DNA of 64,000 bases from a bacterium (GTDB lineage: Bacteria; Cyanobacteriota; Vampirovibrionia; Gastranaerophilales; JBAXKC01). The notes below the pieces were generated by a model, which saw nothing but the letters and a program-made list of their open reading frames with translations, made no database searches and had not been told where the DNA came from. Below, piece by piece: positions 19,437-29,413 of the stretch. Each line of letters begins with the position of its first letter. The first letter of the stretch is position 1. The stretch covers positions 49,675-113,674 of the forward strand of contig JBAXKC010000004.1 of the NCBI GenBank assembly GCA_037137535.1, in the 5' to 3' direction. Position numbers and translations under genes: made by a program.

Positions 19437-21671
19437 ATGCCTAATCGTATAATTTTACTTATATTTAAAGAAAGCCGCACAATTGCAACCGGACTTGTTC
19501 TTGGCTTTTTAATTTTCATCTGTTATCTGACTTTCTTTTATAAACCTGTTTATACAGCAGATACTAAACTATACATAAGAAATTTGCCAAAAAATAACAT
19601 TATTACAAGCTATGGCAATACCCAAGTCGTCAAATCAGAAAGTGGATATAGTAATCCGCTGTTTAATGTTACCCAAATTATTGAATCAAATCAGGTTGCA
19701 GAAAATGTTTATAAAAAAATAAGCATTAAATATGCTAATGACCTGAAAAAAATGGGTATGAATAATAAAGCGGAATGGTGTAACTCTTTCAGTTCACTAT
19801 TAAAGCTTAAAATTGAACCTTCAACCGATATTATAAAAGTTACATTAAGCTGGAACGACAAAAAAGCAACTGCCGATATTCTTGACATAATTGTCAATGA
19901 ATTTAAAAATGAAAACCTTAAAATAAGCAAAGACCTTGAAACGAAACAAAGAGTATTTTTAGACAAAGAGTTAAGCAGAGTAGAAAAAGATCTCCGCAAT
20001 ATCAGACTAAAAGTTAAAAACTACAGAGAGCAATCTCACTCAATAAGCAATTTAAACGAAGCTGCCGATTTAACTCAAGCAAGAGTATCTCTTGAACAAC
20101 AAAGAGAACTTATATCCAGCCAAGTAAGCTATTATGACAAAAAACTTAATAGCCTTGAAAATCAATTAGGGATACCAAATGTAAAAACCGCAATTAAATC
20201 AGCTGAAATAGGTATGGATCCTTATCTGGTACAGTTAAATCAAAACTTAGCTTCATTACAACAACAGCACGCAAAACTTACTTCTAAATTCACAGAAAAT
20301 TATCCCGATGTTGTTTCAACAAGAAATGAAATACTTTCTGTTAAAAAGAACATACTAAAAAGACAAAAAGAAGTATTGCAACATTTTGCGGTATCAAAAG
20401 GCATATACAATGATACCTCTGCCAAAGTCATCGAAGAAATGTCAAGAAGTGAATCCGAAAAAATGGCTCTTAGTGCTCAACTATCAACATTAAAAGCTGG
20501 AATTGATCAACTCAAAGGAGAAGAGAAGCAACTAGCAGGAAAAGATTTCGGACTTGATGAATTAAGAAAAGTTGAGTCTGCTTTACTTACCGCATATACA
20601 AACGTAAAAGAAAAACAGCTTGAAGCGACTATCCTTGAAAATGAAATAATTGATAACGTTGTAATTCTAGGCGGAGCTTCTATTCATTCAAATTCAATAA
20701 CCTCTATTTTCGGCAAATTGCTTGGATTCCTTACATTAGGTTTCCTCGGTTCACTTGCATTTGCATGGATAAAAGAAGAAATTGAAGACAAATGGGTTGA
20801 CTCAAAAGAAATTGAAATCATTACCGAAAAGAAAGTTCTTGGTATTATTCCTTGGGTTAAATGCCAACAAGATTTACCAAAAGACTTCGTACTTGAACAT
20901 GACTCCATTATGGGAGTTGCCTACGGAAACATGGTTTCAAGTATTATTAGCGAATCTTATCTTAAAGAAGTTCACTCTATCTCATTCTTATCAACAATAG
21001 AGGCGAGAGGAAAATCACTAATGATTCCTAACATAGCCCTTACGCTTGCAAGAATGAACCGTTCGGCGATAGTTGTTGATATTGACTTTATCAGACCTGG
21101 AAAACTTTTCAATGACTTTAACATTGAACCTCCAACGAATAAGCCTGATATCATCAATGTAGTAGATGAAGTAAACCGTGAATTAAGATTACATAAAGCA
21201 ATTAATAATGATTACTTACAACATATTATTGCCAATGCGATAACCCCAATTAATGTAACACTTAAAAACGGAACTGAATTAAATTTCTCTTACTTATGCT
21301 CTAATAATGAAGTTCTTAATATAGCCGATTATGTTGCGACAAAAGGCTTTAAATCAATTATAGACTTCCTTAAAGAACATTATGAATTCATTCTGATTGA
21401 TACTCCGTCAAGACCGCATATTTATCCTGAATTCTCTTATATTCCCGAGTTTTCAGACGGAATTGTCATTATGTCGGCAATGGAAACAAACAGAGAAAAA
21501 CTTATCAACCTTATTGACAAACTTGAAAAAACAAATACCAACGTACTTGGTATAATTGCCAGAGAGCAAGATTCTGAAATAGAAAATTATTTTAGTACAA
21601 AAAAATCAGGCGATTACACATGTACTCCAATTGGTTGTGATGTAAACGGGAAAAATGAAAAAACTTTATAA
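19437..21671 (+). CDS. Polysaccharide co-polymerase (Wzc/GumC-like)
   Basis: Two TM helices around a coiled coil, FTENYPDV, Walker-like ARGKS, IVVDID and ILIDTP. Confidence 0.85.
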   Translation: MPNRIILLIFKESRTIATGLVLGFLIFICYLTFFYKPVYTADTKLYIRNLPKNNIITSYGNTQVVKSESGYSNPLFNVTQIIESNQVAENVYKKISIKYANDLKKMGMNNKAEWCNSFSSLLKLKIEPSTDIIKVTLSWNDKKATADILDIIVNEFKNENLKISKDLETKQRVFLDKELSRVEKDLRNIRLKVKNYREQSHSISNLNEAADLTQARVSLEQQRELISSQVSYYDKKLNSLENQLGIPNVKTAIKSAEIGMDPYLVQLNQNLASLQQQHAKLTSKFTENYPDVVSTRNEILSVKKNILKRQKEVLQHFAVSKGIYNDTSAKVIEEMSRSESEKMALSAQLSTLKAGIDQLKGEEKQLAGKDFGLDELRKVESALLTAYTNVKEKQLEATILENEIIDNVVILGGASIHSNSITSIFGKLLGFLTLGFLGSLAFAWIKEEIEDKWVDSKEIEIITEKKVLGIIPWVKCQQDLPKDFVLEHDSIMGVAYGNMVSSIISESYLKEVHSISFLSTIEARGKSLMIPNIALTLARMNRSAIVVDIDFIRPGKLFNDFNIEPPTNKPDIINVVDEVNRELRLHKAINNDYLQHIIANAITPINVTLKNGTELNFSYLCSNNEVLNIADYVATKGFKSIIDFLKEHYEFILIDTPSRPHIYPEFSYIPEFSDGIVIMSAMETNREKLINLIDKLEKTNTNVLGIIAREQDSEIENYFSTKKSGDYTCTPIGCDVNGKNEKTL

Positions 21672-23250
21672 TATAGATTTAAGGGATGACAACTTATATA
21701 AGCTTTTTGAAAGCCGTTTCTTGCTGCTTTTTACAGGGCTTATATGCGGTGTAGCAGGAGTTAGCTTTTCTGCCGAACTGGGGGTTAATCCCTTTATTCT
21801 GTTTTTTGGTATTTTAATAGCTATTTATATTGGATTCAGCGGATTAAAAAAGTCCGTCACATCACCTGTGTTTATTTATTTTGTTACGCAATTTATATTT
21901 ATATGGCTATACATGGACGAAAAAATACTAGGGCACTTTAATTTTTCTGCAAAAGTAAATATGCTCACCCTTGGAATAGCTTCATTTACCACCTTATTTT
22001 ATTTCTTTAATCACTTTAATTATTTATGGAAAAATTTTCCCGCTTTCAGATATTTAACAATATTTTTTGCTATAAATATTCCATATTTCTTCTTATATCA
22101 TTCCGATTTCAACCTTGCTAACTATAAAACAGGTTATGATTTAAGATTAAACAGCCAATATGAAGGCTCAAATGCAAATTTCATAGTATTCTTAGACAGT
22201 TTATGTCCTTTAATCGGTTATACTGTTGGATTAATGGTCTTTAAAAATGCTAAAAACTATGCACAAGTGGTTGATACTATGAAAAACATTATAGATAAAA
22301 CTGCAAAAATATTTTGGATATACTATTCTATAATGATTGTTACTGTTCTAATTGGATTTAATACTCCTGAATTTTTTGCAAACAGACTTAGAATCGAATT
22401 TATTGGCGATTATGGTCCGCAAATATTTTTATCATTATTTTTAATATTATTTTTAGCCTTCAAAATTTATAAAGATAATTTCACCAATGAAACTATAAAA
22501 TTAAATTTTATTAAACTCGTACCTTTAATTTTAATTAATACAATATTAATATTTCTGCTTGGAAACAGAACGTCATTAATCGCATTAACGGCATCAACTT
22601 CCATCTTTATATTATATGCACTTAAATTAGGATTTAAAGTTCAAAGTATAAATCTAAATACCAGAACAAGAAGATTTATTAAAACGGCATTTGAATTAAG
22701 CATGATAATTATTCCTGTCTTAATCGCCTTTTACTTGATTTTCGCAACACCTGAAGCACTAACCAATAAAATAGACGAATTTTTAAACCCTGCAACACTT
22801 GATGTAAGAACCAGTAACTGGGATTTATTCACAAATGAATGGATAGATAGATTGAATTTCAATACAGCGTTGTTTGGATTTGGGCTAGGAGCATCAAGAG
22901 AAACTATATTCTTTGTATCCGCAATGCAAGGGGTTGGACACCTTGTTCAAACCGTTCACAACCATATAGCAGAAGTTGTTTTTGACTATGGAGCATTAAG
23001 TATCTTTTACTTTATGTCTTACTTATATATCTTCTTAAAGAGCCTTATGAATATAAGAAGATACCCTAATTTAAAAATAAAACTCTTTAGCCTTGTAAAT
23101 GTTTGTTTGATTATATTTTTCTTTATCTACCACCAAACAGATGGAATTAAAGTAACAACAGGTTTAATCTTCTTCTCTATGGTAGGTTTTATGGATTCAT
23201 TAATACATGGGCTTCTTCATAATAAAGAAGAATATACAAAAATAAAATAA
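21655..23250 (+). CDS. O-antigen ligase / Wzy polymerase family membrane protein
   Basis: More than 10 TM segments, LLGNRTS, LFGFGLG and VHNHIAEVVFDYG. Confidence 0.82.
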   Translation: MKKLYNIDLRDDNLYKLFESRFLLLFTGLICGVAGVSFSAELGVNPFILFFGILIAIYIGFSGLKKSVTSPVFIYFVTQFIFIWLYMDEKILGHFNFSAKVNMLTLGIASFTTLFYFFNHFNYLWKNFPAFRYLTIFFAINIPYFFLYHSDFNLANYKTGYDLRLNSQYEGSNANFIVFLDSLCPLIGYTVGLMVFKNAKNYAQVVDTMKNIIDKTAKIFWIYYSIMIVTVLIGFNTPEFFANRLRIEFIGDYGPQIFLSLFLILFLAFKIYKDNFTNETIKLNFIKLVPLILINTILIFLLGNRTSLIALTASTSIFILYALKLGFKVQSINLNTRTRRFIKTAFELSMIIIPVLIAFYLIFATPEALTNKIDEFLNPATLDVRTSNWDLFTNEWIDRLNFNTALFGFGLGASRETIFFVSAMQGVGHLVQTVHNHIAEVVFDYGALSIFYFMSYLYIFLKSLMNIRRYPNLKIKLFSLVNVCLIIFFFIYHQTDGIKVTTGLIFFSMVGFMDSLIHGLLHNKEEYTKIK

Positions 23251-23386
23251 TAAGTCTTTTACTACACTATATAAATGATTTATCGATAAAATAACAAAAA
23301 TAGTTCTAAAGAATCATAAAATATAATCCTCAATAAGCTATGCTACTAAAAGAATATCAGTAGTAGACTAACGGGGAGTTTAATTT

Positions 23387-23818
23387 ATGGTAAGTGGAAT
23401 TAACAGTCAGCAATATCAAACAGGACAAATACAAGGACATCACAAACACAAAAATCCACAGGATATGTTCAATGATTTATCTAAAGATGTTGGTGCTGAT
23501 GGAACAGGAATTAGTGAAGATCAATTACAAACAGCTCTTAAAGAGGCTCAATCAAATGGAGATACCAGAAAAACCAAAATGCTCGGAAGAATGATTGAGG
23601 ATTTTGATAAACTTTCAGGTGGCAGCGATAAAATAACAGCCGATAGTATGCAAAAAGCTATGGAATCAATGAGAGGTCATCGTAGACAAGCACCTCAAAC
23701 TTCTTCAGCAAAAGGTAATTGCCAGCCATGTTCTAACTGCGGCAGTTGCGGAAAAACTCAAGATCCAAGCACAGTAACTTCTGATCAGCTTAAATTTCCT
23801 ATTGATATAAGAGTATAA
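23387..23818 (+). CDS. Small EF-hand-like protein with a CxxCxxCxxC cluster
   Basis: GADGTGISEDQL and FDKLSGGSDKIT loops; CQPCSNCGSC; GGGGAG RBS. Confidence 0.6.
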   Translation: MVSGINSQQYQTGQIQGHHKHKNPQDMFNDLSKDVGADGTGISEDQLQTALKEAQSNGDTRKTKMLGRMIEDFDKLSGGSDKITADSMQKAMESMRGHRRQAPQTSSAKGNCQPCSNCGSCGKTQDPSTVTSDQLKFPIDIRV

Positions 23819-23989
23819 AATCGTTATATATGAATTAAACAATAGAGATCGCTTAAAAAAGGGGTCTCTATTAATAAATAATATTTTACAGATAATCTGC
23901 TATTGCATTAATTAATACGATATAAGCAATGAAAATGTTAGTTTGACAAAATAAATTTCAACCTATATTATTTAATTATATAAATTATA

Positions 23990-26626
23990 TTGTGGGTTAG
24001 AGAGACTTTGAAAAATACAAAAAAAAGAAAAAAAAGAAAGCTATTATTAAAATTGCTAATTTGGATTTTAATGCTTGTTAGCTTTTCCTTGATTTTAATG
24101 AGTATATTTTTAGGAAATATTAGTCAAAACAATCTTTTAGATACAAGTAAATCATTAAGTGACATGAGTGTTAATTCCGTCCAAAAAACAGGTAATAACA
24201 TGATAGATGTAACTGAAGGAGTTATGTCTAAAACAAATACTGATTCCATGAATCTAAGCAGCAAAACCCTTACAGAAACATCTAACTCTCTAGTAAAAGA
24301 AAGCAAATCATCAATAGAAGATATTAGTTCAAAATTAACCAATTTAAGTCATGATAAAATGAATCAGACAAATCATGACATACTGGCTGTAACAGAAAAA
24401 GCTATAAAAAACACAGGTGATTCTTTAATAAATACAAGTCAAAATTATTTAATTGAGGCTGTTACTGACAAAAATAAAAAAGAAGCAGATGAAGTTTCAG
24501 GGCAAATTTCTAATTCTATTGGAAATTGTATGGATATCCTTGAAATGATAACTAAATTTAAAGATATAAAAAATTTAACTGCTGAAAGTGTCCAATATTT
24601 CATTACTTCAGCACAAAAAAGTTATATGGTATTAACAAATATTTCCGTTGCAAATAAAACAGGTGATGAAATTGCAAAAGTATCAACCGATGAAGTTGTT
24701 ACGACAACTGATTTAAAAAACATATCCACAAATCAAGCATTTGAATCGGCAGTTAAAGGGAAAAAATATATTTCGGAAGTAAAAACAAAACTAGGTTATT
24801 CATATGTTACTGTCGGTATCCCAATTTGGCAATATCCTGGTAGAACATCTGGAGCTTTAATTGCAGATATAAGGCTATCTAATATTACTGAACTTGTAAG
24901 TAAAAAACAGATTGGTAAAACAGGATTTTGTTTTGTAGTGGATGATAATGGAAAGATTCTTTTCCATCCAAACAGACAAATTAATATTAACGCTTCTGAC
25001 CTTTTATCTTTAAATAATGAAAAATTAAAATATAAAATTTTTAAAATCAATTCGAATACAGAGGTTTTAGCTGTTGCATCAAACGTAAAAGCACTTAATA
25101 GTAAAGTAATAGTAGTACAGCCAACTACTGAAGCATTTAAAGCAGCAGAAGAAATGGAAACAGTTGTACAAAAACAAACAATTCATACATTAAAACTTAT
25201 GAATTTATCCTCTAATCATGGATTAAAAATTGCACTTAAAATTATGAATGATGAAGCAAAAAAAGCTGCTTCTGAAAGAGCAATAAAAATGACGCAAAAA
25301 ACCACTAAAGATATAAATTCAGCTGTAAATACGTTAAAAGATTCAAGCAAAAAATCTTTAAATTCAGCTTTAAATAATTTAAGACCAATTGCAAAAAATC
25401 AATCAGAAAGTGTTTTAAAGGAAATTCAAGAACAATCAAAGGGTAAAATAATAAAATCAGAAGAAAAAATAGTGTCCCATACTGTAATTTTATTATTCAT
25501 ATTCCTTGCCATATCTTCAGTTATTGCCGTTTATATGGCAAAAAATATTGCAAATCCAATACAAAATCTTACTCAGGTCGCAGATAAAATTGCTAAAGAT
25601 GACCTTTCAGGTGAAATACAAATTGAAGACAGAGAAGAAGAAGAAATTGATAATCTTTATAATACCTTTAACAATATGCAGCATAATTTAAAAGGCATAA
25701 TTTCTAAAATAGCATCTAATGCTGAAAATGTATCCTCTTCTTCTAAAGAATTAACTACAATAACTGCTGAATCGAGCAAAGAAATCGAAAATATTGTTAT
25801 AGCTATTCAAAATGTGGCAAATGGTGCAAAAAATCAGTTAGACTTATCAGAAAATACAAAAACTATAGCCTATAAAATAGCAGAAGAAAGCCTGCAAATA
25901 AAAACAACTACAACAGCGGTTATTGATTCATCTAATATAGCAAATGACAAAGCTCTTTTTGGAAGTAAAGTATTAAATGAACTTGTCATCCAAATGAATG
26001 TTATTAACGAAAAAATCAACTATTCGGGAGAAATTGTTAATGTACTTGAAAAGCAGGCAGAGCAAATCAATAAAATTATTGAAATGATTACCTCTATTTC
26101 AGAACAAACCAACCTTTTATCACTAAATGCAGCAATAGAAGCCGCAAGAGCCGGTGAAAACGGAAAAGGTTTTGCGGTTGTAGCTGATGAAGTAAGAAAG
26201 TTAGCAACTCTATCAAAGAAATCAGCTGGAGAAGTTAATACCGTTATCTCTGAAATTAAAAAAGAAATTGCTAATGTCGTTAATTCTATTAAAGATGGAA
26301 GTACAGCAGTAAAATCCGGATTAGAAAAAACAAATGATGCTAATACATCTTTTAAAGATATTATAAACTCCTTTAAAGATGTTTCATCGCAGGTAAGTAA
26401 CGTCTCTGAATTAATTATTAATATTAATACAGGAATACAGGAGATGGTAGGGAAAATAAATACCATATCTGAAATATCAAAAATAGCCTCAGATAAAACA
26501 CATGATGTTGTTTCTTCAGTTGAGGAACAGAATGCATCGATGGAAGAAATTGCAGGAACGGCGTCAATGCTTTCTCAAATGTCTTCAGATTTAATAAATG
26601 TAGTAAAATCATTCAAGTTAAACTAA
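23990..26626 (+). CDS. Methyl-accepting chemotaxis protein (dCache-like sensor, HAMP, MCP signalling domain)
   Basis: Two TM helices, [20 protein letters not shown], and [37 protein letters not shown]. Start codon uncertain. Confidence 0.95.
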   Translation: MWVRETLKNTKKRKKRKLLLKLLIWILMLVSFSLILMSIFLGNISQNNLLDTSKSLSDMSVNSVQKTGNNMIDVTEGVMSKTNTDSMNLSSKTLTETSNSLVKESKSSIEDISSKLTNLSHDKMNQTNHDILAVTEKAIKNTGDSLINTSQNYLIEAVTDKNKKEADEVSGQISNSIGNCMDILEMITKFKDIKNLTAESVQYFITSAQKSYMVLTNISVANKTGDEIAKVSTDEVVTTTDLKNISTNQAFESAVKGKKYISEVKTKLGYSYVTVGIPIWQYPGRTSGALIADIRLSNITELVSKKQIGKTGFCFVVDDNGKILFHPNRQININASDLLSLNNEKLKYKIFKINSNTEVLAVASNVKALNSKVIVVQPTTEAFKAAEEMETVVQKQTIHTLKLMNLSSNHGLKIALKIMNDEAKKAASERAIKMTQKTTKDINSAVNTLKDSSKKSLNSALNNLRPIAKNQSESVLKEIQEQSKGKIIKSEEKIVSHTVILLFIFLAISSVIAVYMAKNIANPIQNLTQVADKIAKDDLSGEIQIEDREEEEIDNLYNTFNNMQHNLKGIISKIASNAENVSSSSKELTTITAESSKEIENIVIAIQNVANGAKNQLDLSENTKTIAYKIAEESLQIKTTTTAVIDSSNIANDKALFGSKVLNELVIQMNVINEKINYSGEIVNVLEKQAEQINKIIEMITSISEQTNLLSLNAAIEAARAGENGKGFAVVADEVRKLATLSKKSAGEVNTVISEIKKEIANVVNSIKDGSTAVKSGLEKTNDANTSFKDIINSFKDVSSQVSNVSELIININTGIQEMVGKINTISEISKIASDKTHDVVSSVEEQNASMEEIAGTASMLSQMSSDLINVVKSFKLN

Positions 26627-26656
26627 CTTAAGCTGAATTAAAAAGGAGATCAAATT

Positions 26657-27496
26657 TTGTTTAAAAAATTACTAGTTTCTTCACTTATTGTAGCTGCTTT
26701 TGTATCAATTCAAAGTAACCCATGTAAAGCAGAACAGGCTTTTAGAATTTCAGGCTCAACAACTATGCAGCCTTTATCTAATGATGCGGCTGATTTATAT
26801 TCAAAAAAATACGGCGAAACAATTCTTGTAGAAGGTGGTGGTAGTGGTGTTGGAATAAAAGATGCTATTTCTGGAGCCTCTAGTCTAGGATCTTCAACAA
26901 GAGCATTAACAGATGCAGAAAAAGTATTAGTAACCTCTGTAACAGTTGCTCGTGATGCACTAGATGTTATTGTAAATGAAAAGAATCCTGTGAAAAACCT
27001 AACAAGAGCTAATATTACTGATATTTTCAGTGGTAAAATTACAAACTGGAAAGAACTAGGTGGCCCAGATGCTCCTATATTTATCGTAAAACAGCCTAAT
27101 GATTTTGCCGAAACGATCCAGCTAGAAAAATATTCAGGATTAAAAAATGCAGAATCAGCTGAAAGTGGAGTAAATGGAAAATTTACATCTAAAACTGAAA
27201 CAATATCCTCTAACCTTGACCTAGTATCTTATGTAGGTGAAAACCCAACTGCAATAGGCTATTGTTCAAATGGTACGGCAGTTACTTTTAAAGAGCAAGG
27301 TATAGCAGTAAAAATTGTTTCTTTAGACGGGGTTACTCCATCAAAAGAGACTGTATTTAACCATACTTACCCAGTACCAAGAGAATTAAATTATGTTTAT
27401 AAAACATTAAACCCAAAAACAGAGAAATTTCTAAAAATCTTTTCAACTCCAGAAGGTAAAGATTTAATGTTAAAACAAGGCTTTTTAATTGATTAA
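26657..27496 (+). CDS. PstS-like periplasmic phosphate-binding protein
   Basis: Signal peptide, ISGSTTMQP, GGGSGVGI, DIFSGKITNWKELGGPD and YPVPREL. Confidence 0.88.
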   Translation: MFKKLLVSSLIVAAFVSIQSNPCKAEQAFRISGSTTMQPLSNDAADLYSKKYGETILVEGGGSGVGIKDAISGASSLGSSTRALTDAEKVLVTSVTVARDALDVIVNEKNPVKNLTRANITDIFSGKITNWKELGGPDAPIFIVKQPNDFAETIQLEKYSGLKNAESAESGVNGKFTSKTETISSNLDLVSYVGENPTAIGYCSNGTAVTFKEQGIAVKIVSLDGVTPSKETVFNHTYPVPRELNYVYKTLNPKTEKFLKIFSTPEGKDLMLKQGFLID

Positions 27497-27509
27497 TTCT
27501 ATTTGAAAT

Positions 27510-27805
27510 CAGGAGTTACGCAAAGTATCAAAACTGCTGAAAATAAAGTATTATTTTAATAGCTGTGCTTAAATGAATCTCACAATGAGTACTTTGACCA
27601 TTAACCATAATGAGTTTTGCTTCAAAAAGAGATTATTTTTAGAGTTTTTTATGAAAATTTAGAATATAACTCTAGTTTTTTGAATAAATAACCATGGTTT
27701 TATATATGCAGTAGTAGTCGCAATACTAGCTATAGGATTCATTTAGGTTTAGGCATCGCTACAATCCAATAGAGTTAGCTCTTAAACAATTTTGCGTAAC
27801 TCCTG
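27510..27805. mobile_element. MITE / non-autonomous IS remnant (296 bp)
   Basis: Perfect 15-bp terminal inverted repeats CAGGAGTTACGCAAA (27510-27524 and 27791-27805), flanked by a 7-bp direct repeat TTGAAAT. No transposase ORF. Confidence 0.85.
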
Positions 27806-27817
27806 TTGAAATATTTG

Positions 27818-27853
27818 ATAAGAACCTCTTATAATAAGAGGTTCTTATTTTTT
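27818..27853. terminator. Intrinsic terminator hairpin
   Basis: ATAAGAACCTCTTA-taa-TAAGAGGTTCTTAT plus T tract, between convergent genes. Confidence 0.8.
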
Positions 27854-27923
27854 AACGGTTATTGAAATAAAATACTGACTAAAAATTAATTAGTCAGTAT
27901 CTTCTCAAATTATTTATAAGTAA

Positions 27924-29366
27924 CTATTTAGAACAACATGCAGCTGTTTTTTTAGCTGCTAAATATTCGTTAATAGCTTTAGCTGCTTTTTTACCAGCGC
28001 CCATCGCATTAATAGCATTTGATTCGCCAACAGGAGCAACGTCACCACCTGCATAAACGCCGTCAAGGTTAGTTAAGCCTGTTTCTTTATCAACTATAAT
28101 GTAACCTCTTCTGTCAACTTGAAGATCCATTCCCTCTTCAACTGCAGAACGTTGAATAATCGGATTAGGATTTGTGCCTAAAGCAACAATTACAGTATCA
28201 AATTCAATATCAACGATATTATCTTTAATTGCTACAGGTCTTCTTCTTCCACTTTCATCAGGCTCACCAAGTTCCATCACTTGAAGTTTAACAGCTTTTG
28301 AATATCCATTTTCACCAATAATTTCAAGAGGTGCATGTAAGAATAAGAATTCAACTCCTTCTTCTTTAGCATGTTCAATTTCAGCTTTTCTGGCAGGAAG
28401 CTCGGCTTCAGTACGTCTATAAACAATTGTTACATTATCAAAACCAATTCTTTTTGCAGTTCTTGCCGCATCCATAGCAGTATTTCCACCGCCAAATACA
28501 GCACATTTTCTGCCAAACCTAATTGGAGTAGGCGTTTCAGGTCTATTTGCTCTCATAAGATTTACTCGAGTTAAAAACTCATTAGCAGAGAAAACTCCGT
28601 TAAAGTTTTCGCCGGAGATTTCTAACATTTTAGGTAAACCTGCTCCGCTACAAATGAAAATAGCATCAAAACCATCTTCTTTCAGATCATTTATTGAAAG
28701 TGATTTGCCGATTATTACGTTTTTCTTGAACTCAACGCCCATCTCGACTAAATTATTTAATTCTCTATCAAGAGCAGTTCTAGGAAGTCTAAATTCAGGA
28801 ATTCCATATCTTAAAACACCGCCTAATGAGTGTAACGCTTCAAAAACAGTTACTTTATGACCTGCTTTAGCTAAATCGGCAGCCGCAGAAATCCCTGCAC
28901 ATCCTGAACCAATAACAGCAACTTTTTGTCCTGACTGTGGTAAGTCAACTTTTTCAGCACTTGAATTATCGCCGACATATCTTTCAAGACAACCGATTGC
29001 AACGGGTTTATCCTTAATACCTACGACACAAGCGCCTTCGCATTGTCTTTCCTGAGGGCAAACTCTACCGCATACAGATGGTAAAAGACTGCTATTTCGT
29101 ATAATTTTACCTGCTTCATCAATATTTCCTTCAGAAACCTTAGTGATAAAACCGGGTATATCAATATTAACAGGACATCCTTTTACGCAACGAGCATTTT
29201 TACATTGAAGGCATCTACTTGCCTCTAATGCAGCCTGTTCTTTCGTAAAATTCTGTTCAACTTCTTCAAAGTTTTTATTTCTATAATCAGGATCCAATGT
29301 TGGTGGATGCTGTCTTTCTGCTTTTTCTTTTGCCATTTGTAATAATTCCTTCGCTATTATACTCAT
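27924..29366 (-). CDS. NADPH-dependent glutamate synthase small-subunit-like oxidoreductase (GltD/SudA/NfnB family)
   Basis: RCLQC...CVKGCP, CGRVCPQERQCEGAC, VIGSGCAG, YGIPEFRLP, GGGNTAMD and YAGGD. Confidence 0.93.
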   Translation of the reverse strand: MSIIAKELLQMAKEKAERQHPPTLDPDYRNKNFEEVEQNFTKEQAALEASRCLQCKNARCVKGCPVNIDIPGFITKVSEGNIDEAGKIIRNSSLLPSVCGRVCPQERQCEGACVVGIKDKPVAIGCLERYVGDNSSAEKVDLPQSGQKVAVIGSGCAGISAAADLAKAGHKVTVFEALHSLGGVLRYGIPEFRLPRTALDRELNNLVEMGVEFKKNVIIGKSLSINDLKEDGFDAIFICSGAGLPKMLEISGENFNGVFSANEFLTRVNLMRANRPETPTPIRFGRKCAVFGGGNTAMDAARTAKRIGFDNVTIVYRRTEAELPARKAEIEHAKEEGVEFLFLHAPLEIIGENGYSKAVKLQVMELGEPDESGRRRPVAIKDNIVDIEFDTVIVALGTNPNPIIQRSAVEEGMDLQVDRRGYIIVDKETGLTNLDGVYAGGDVAPVGESNAINAMGAGKKAAKAINEYLAAKKTAACCSK

Positions 29367-29413
29367 GATAATTTTTAATTTATATCATGCTCTTGTTGTC
29401 CATGGCTAGAGAT

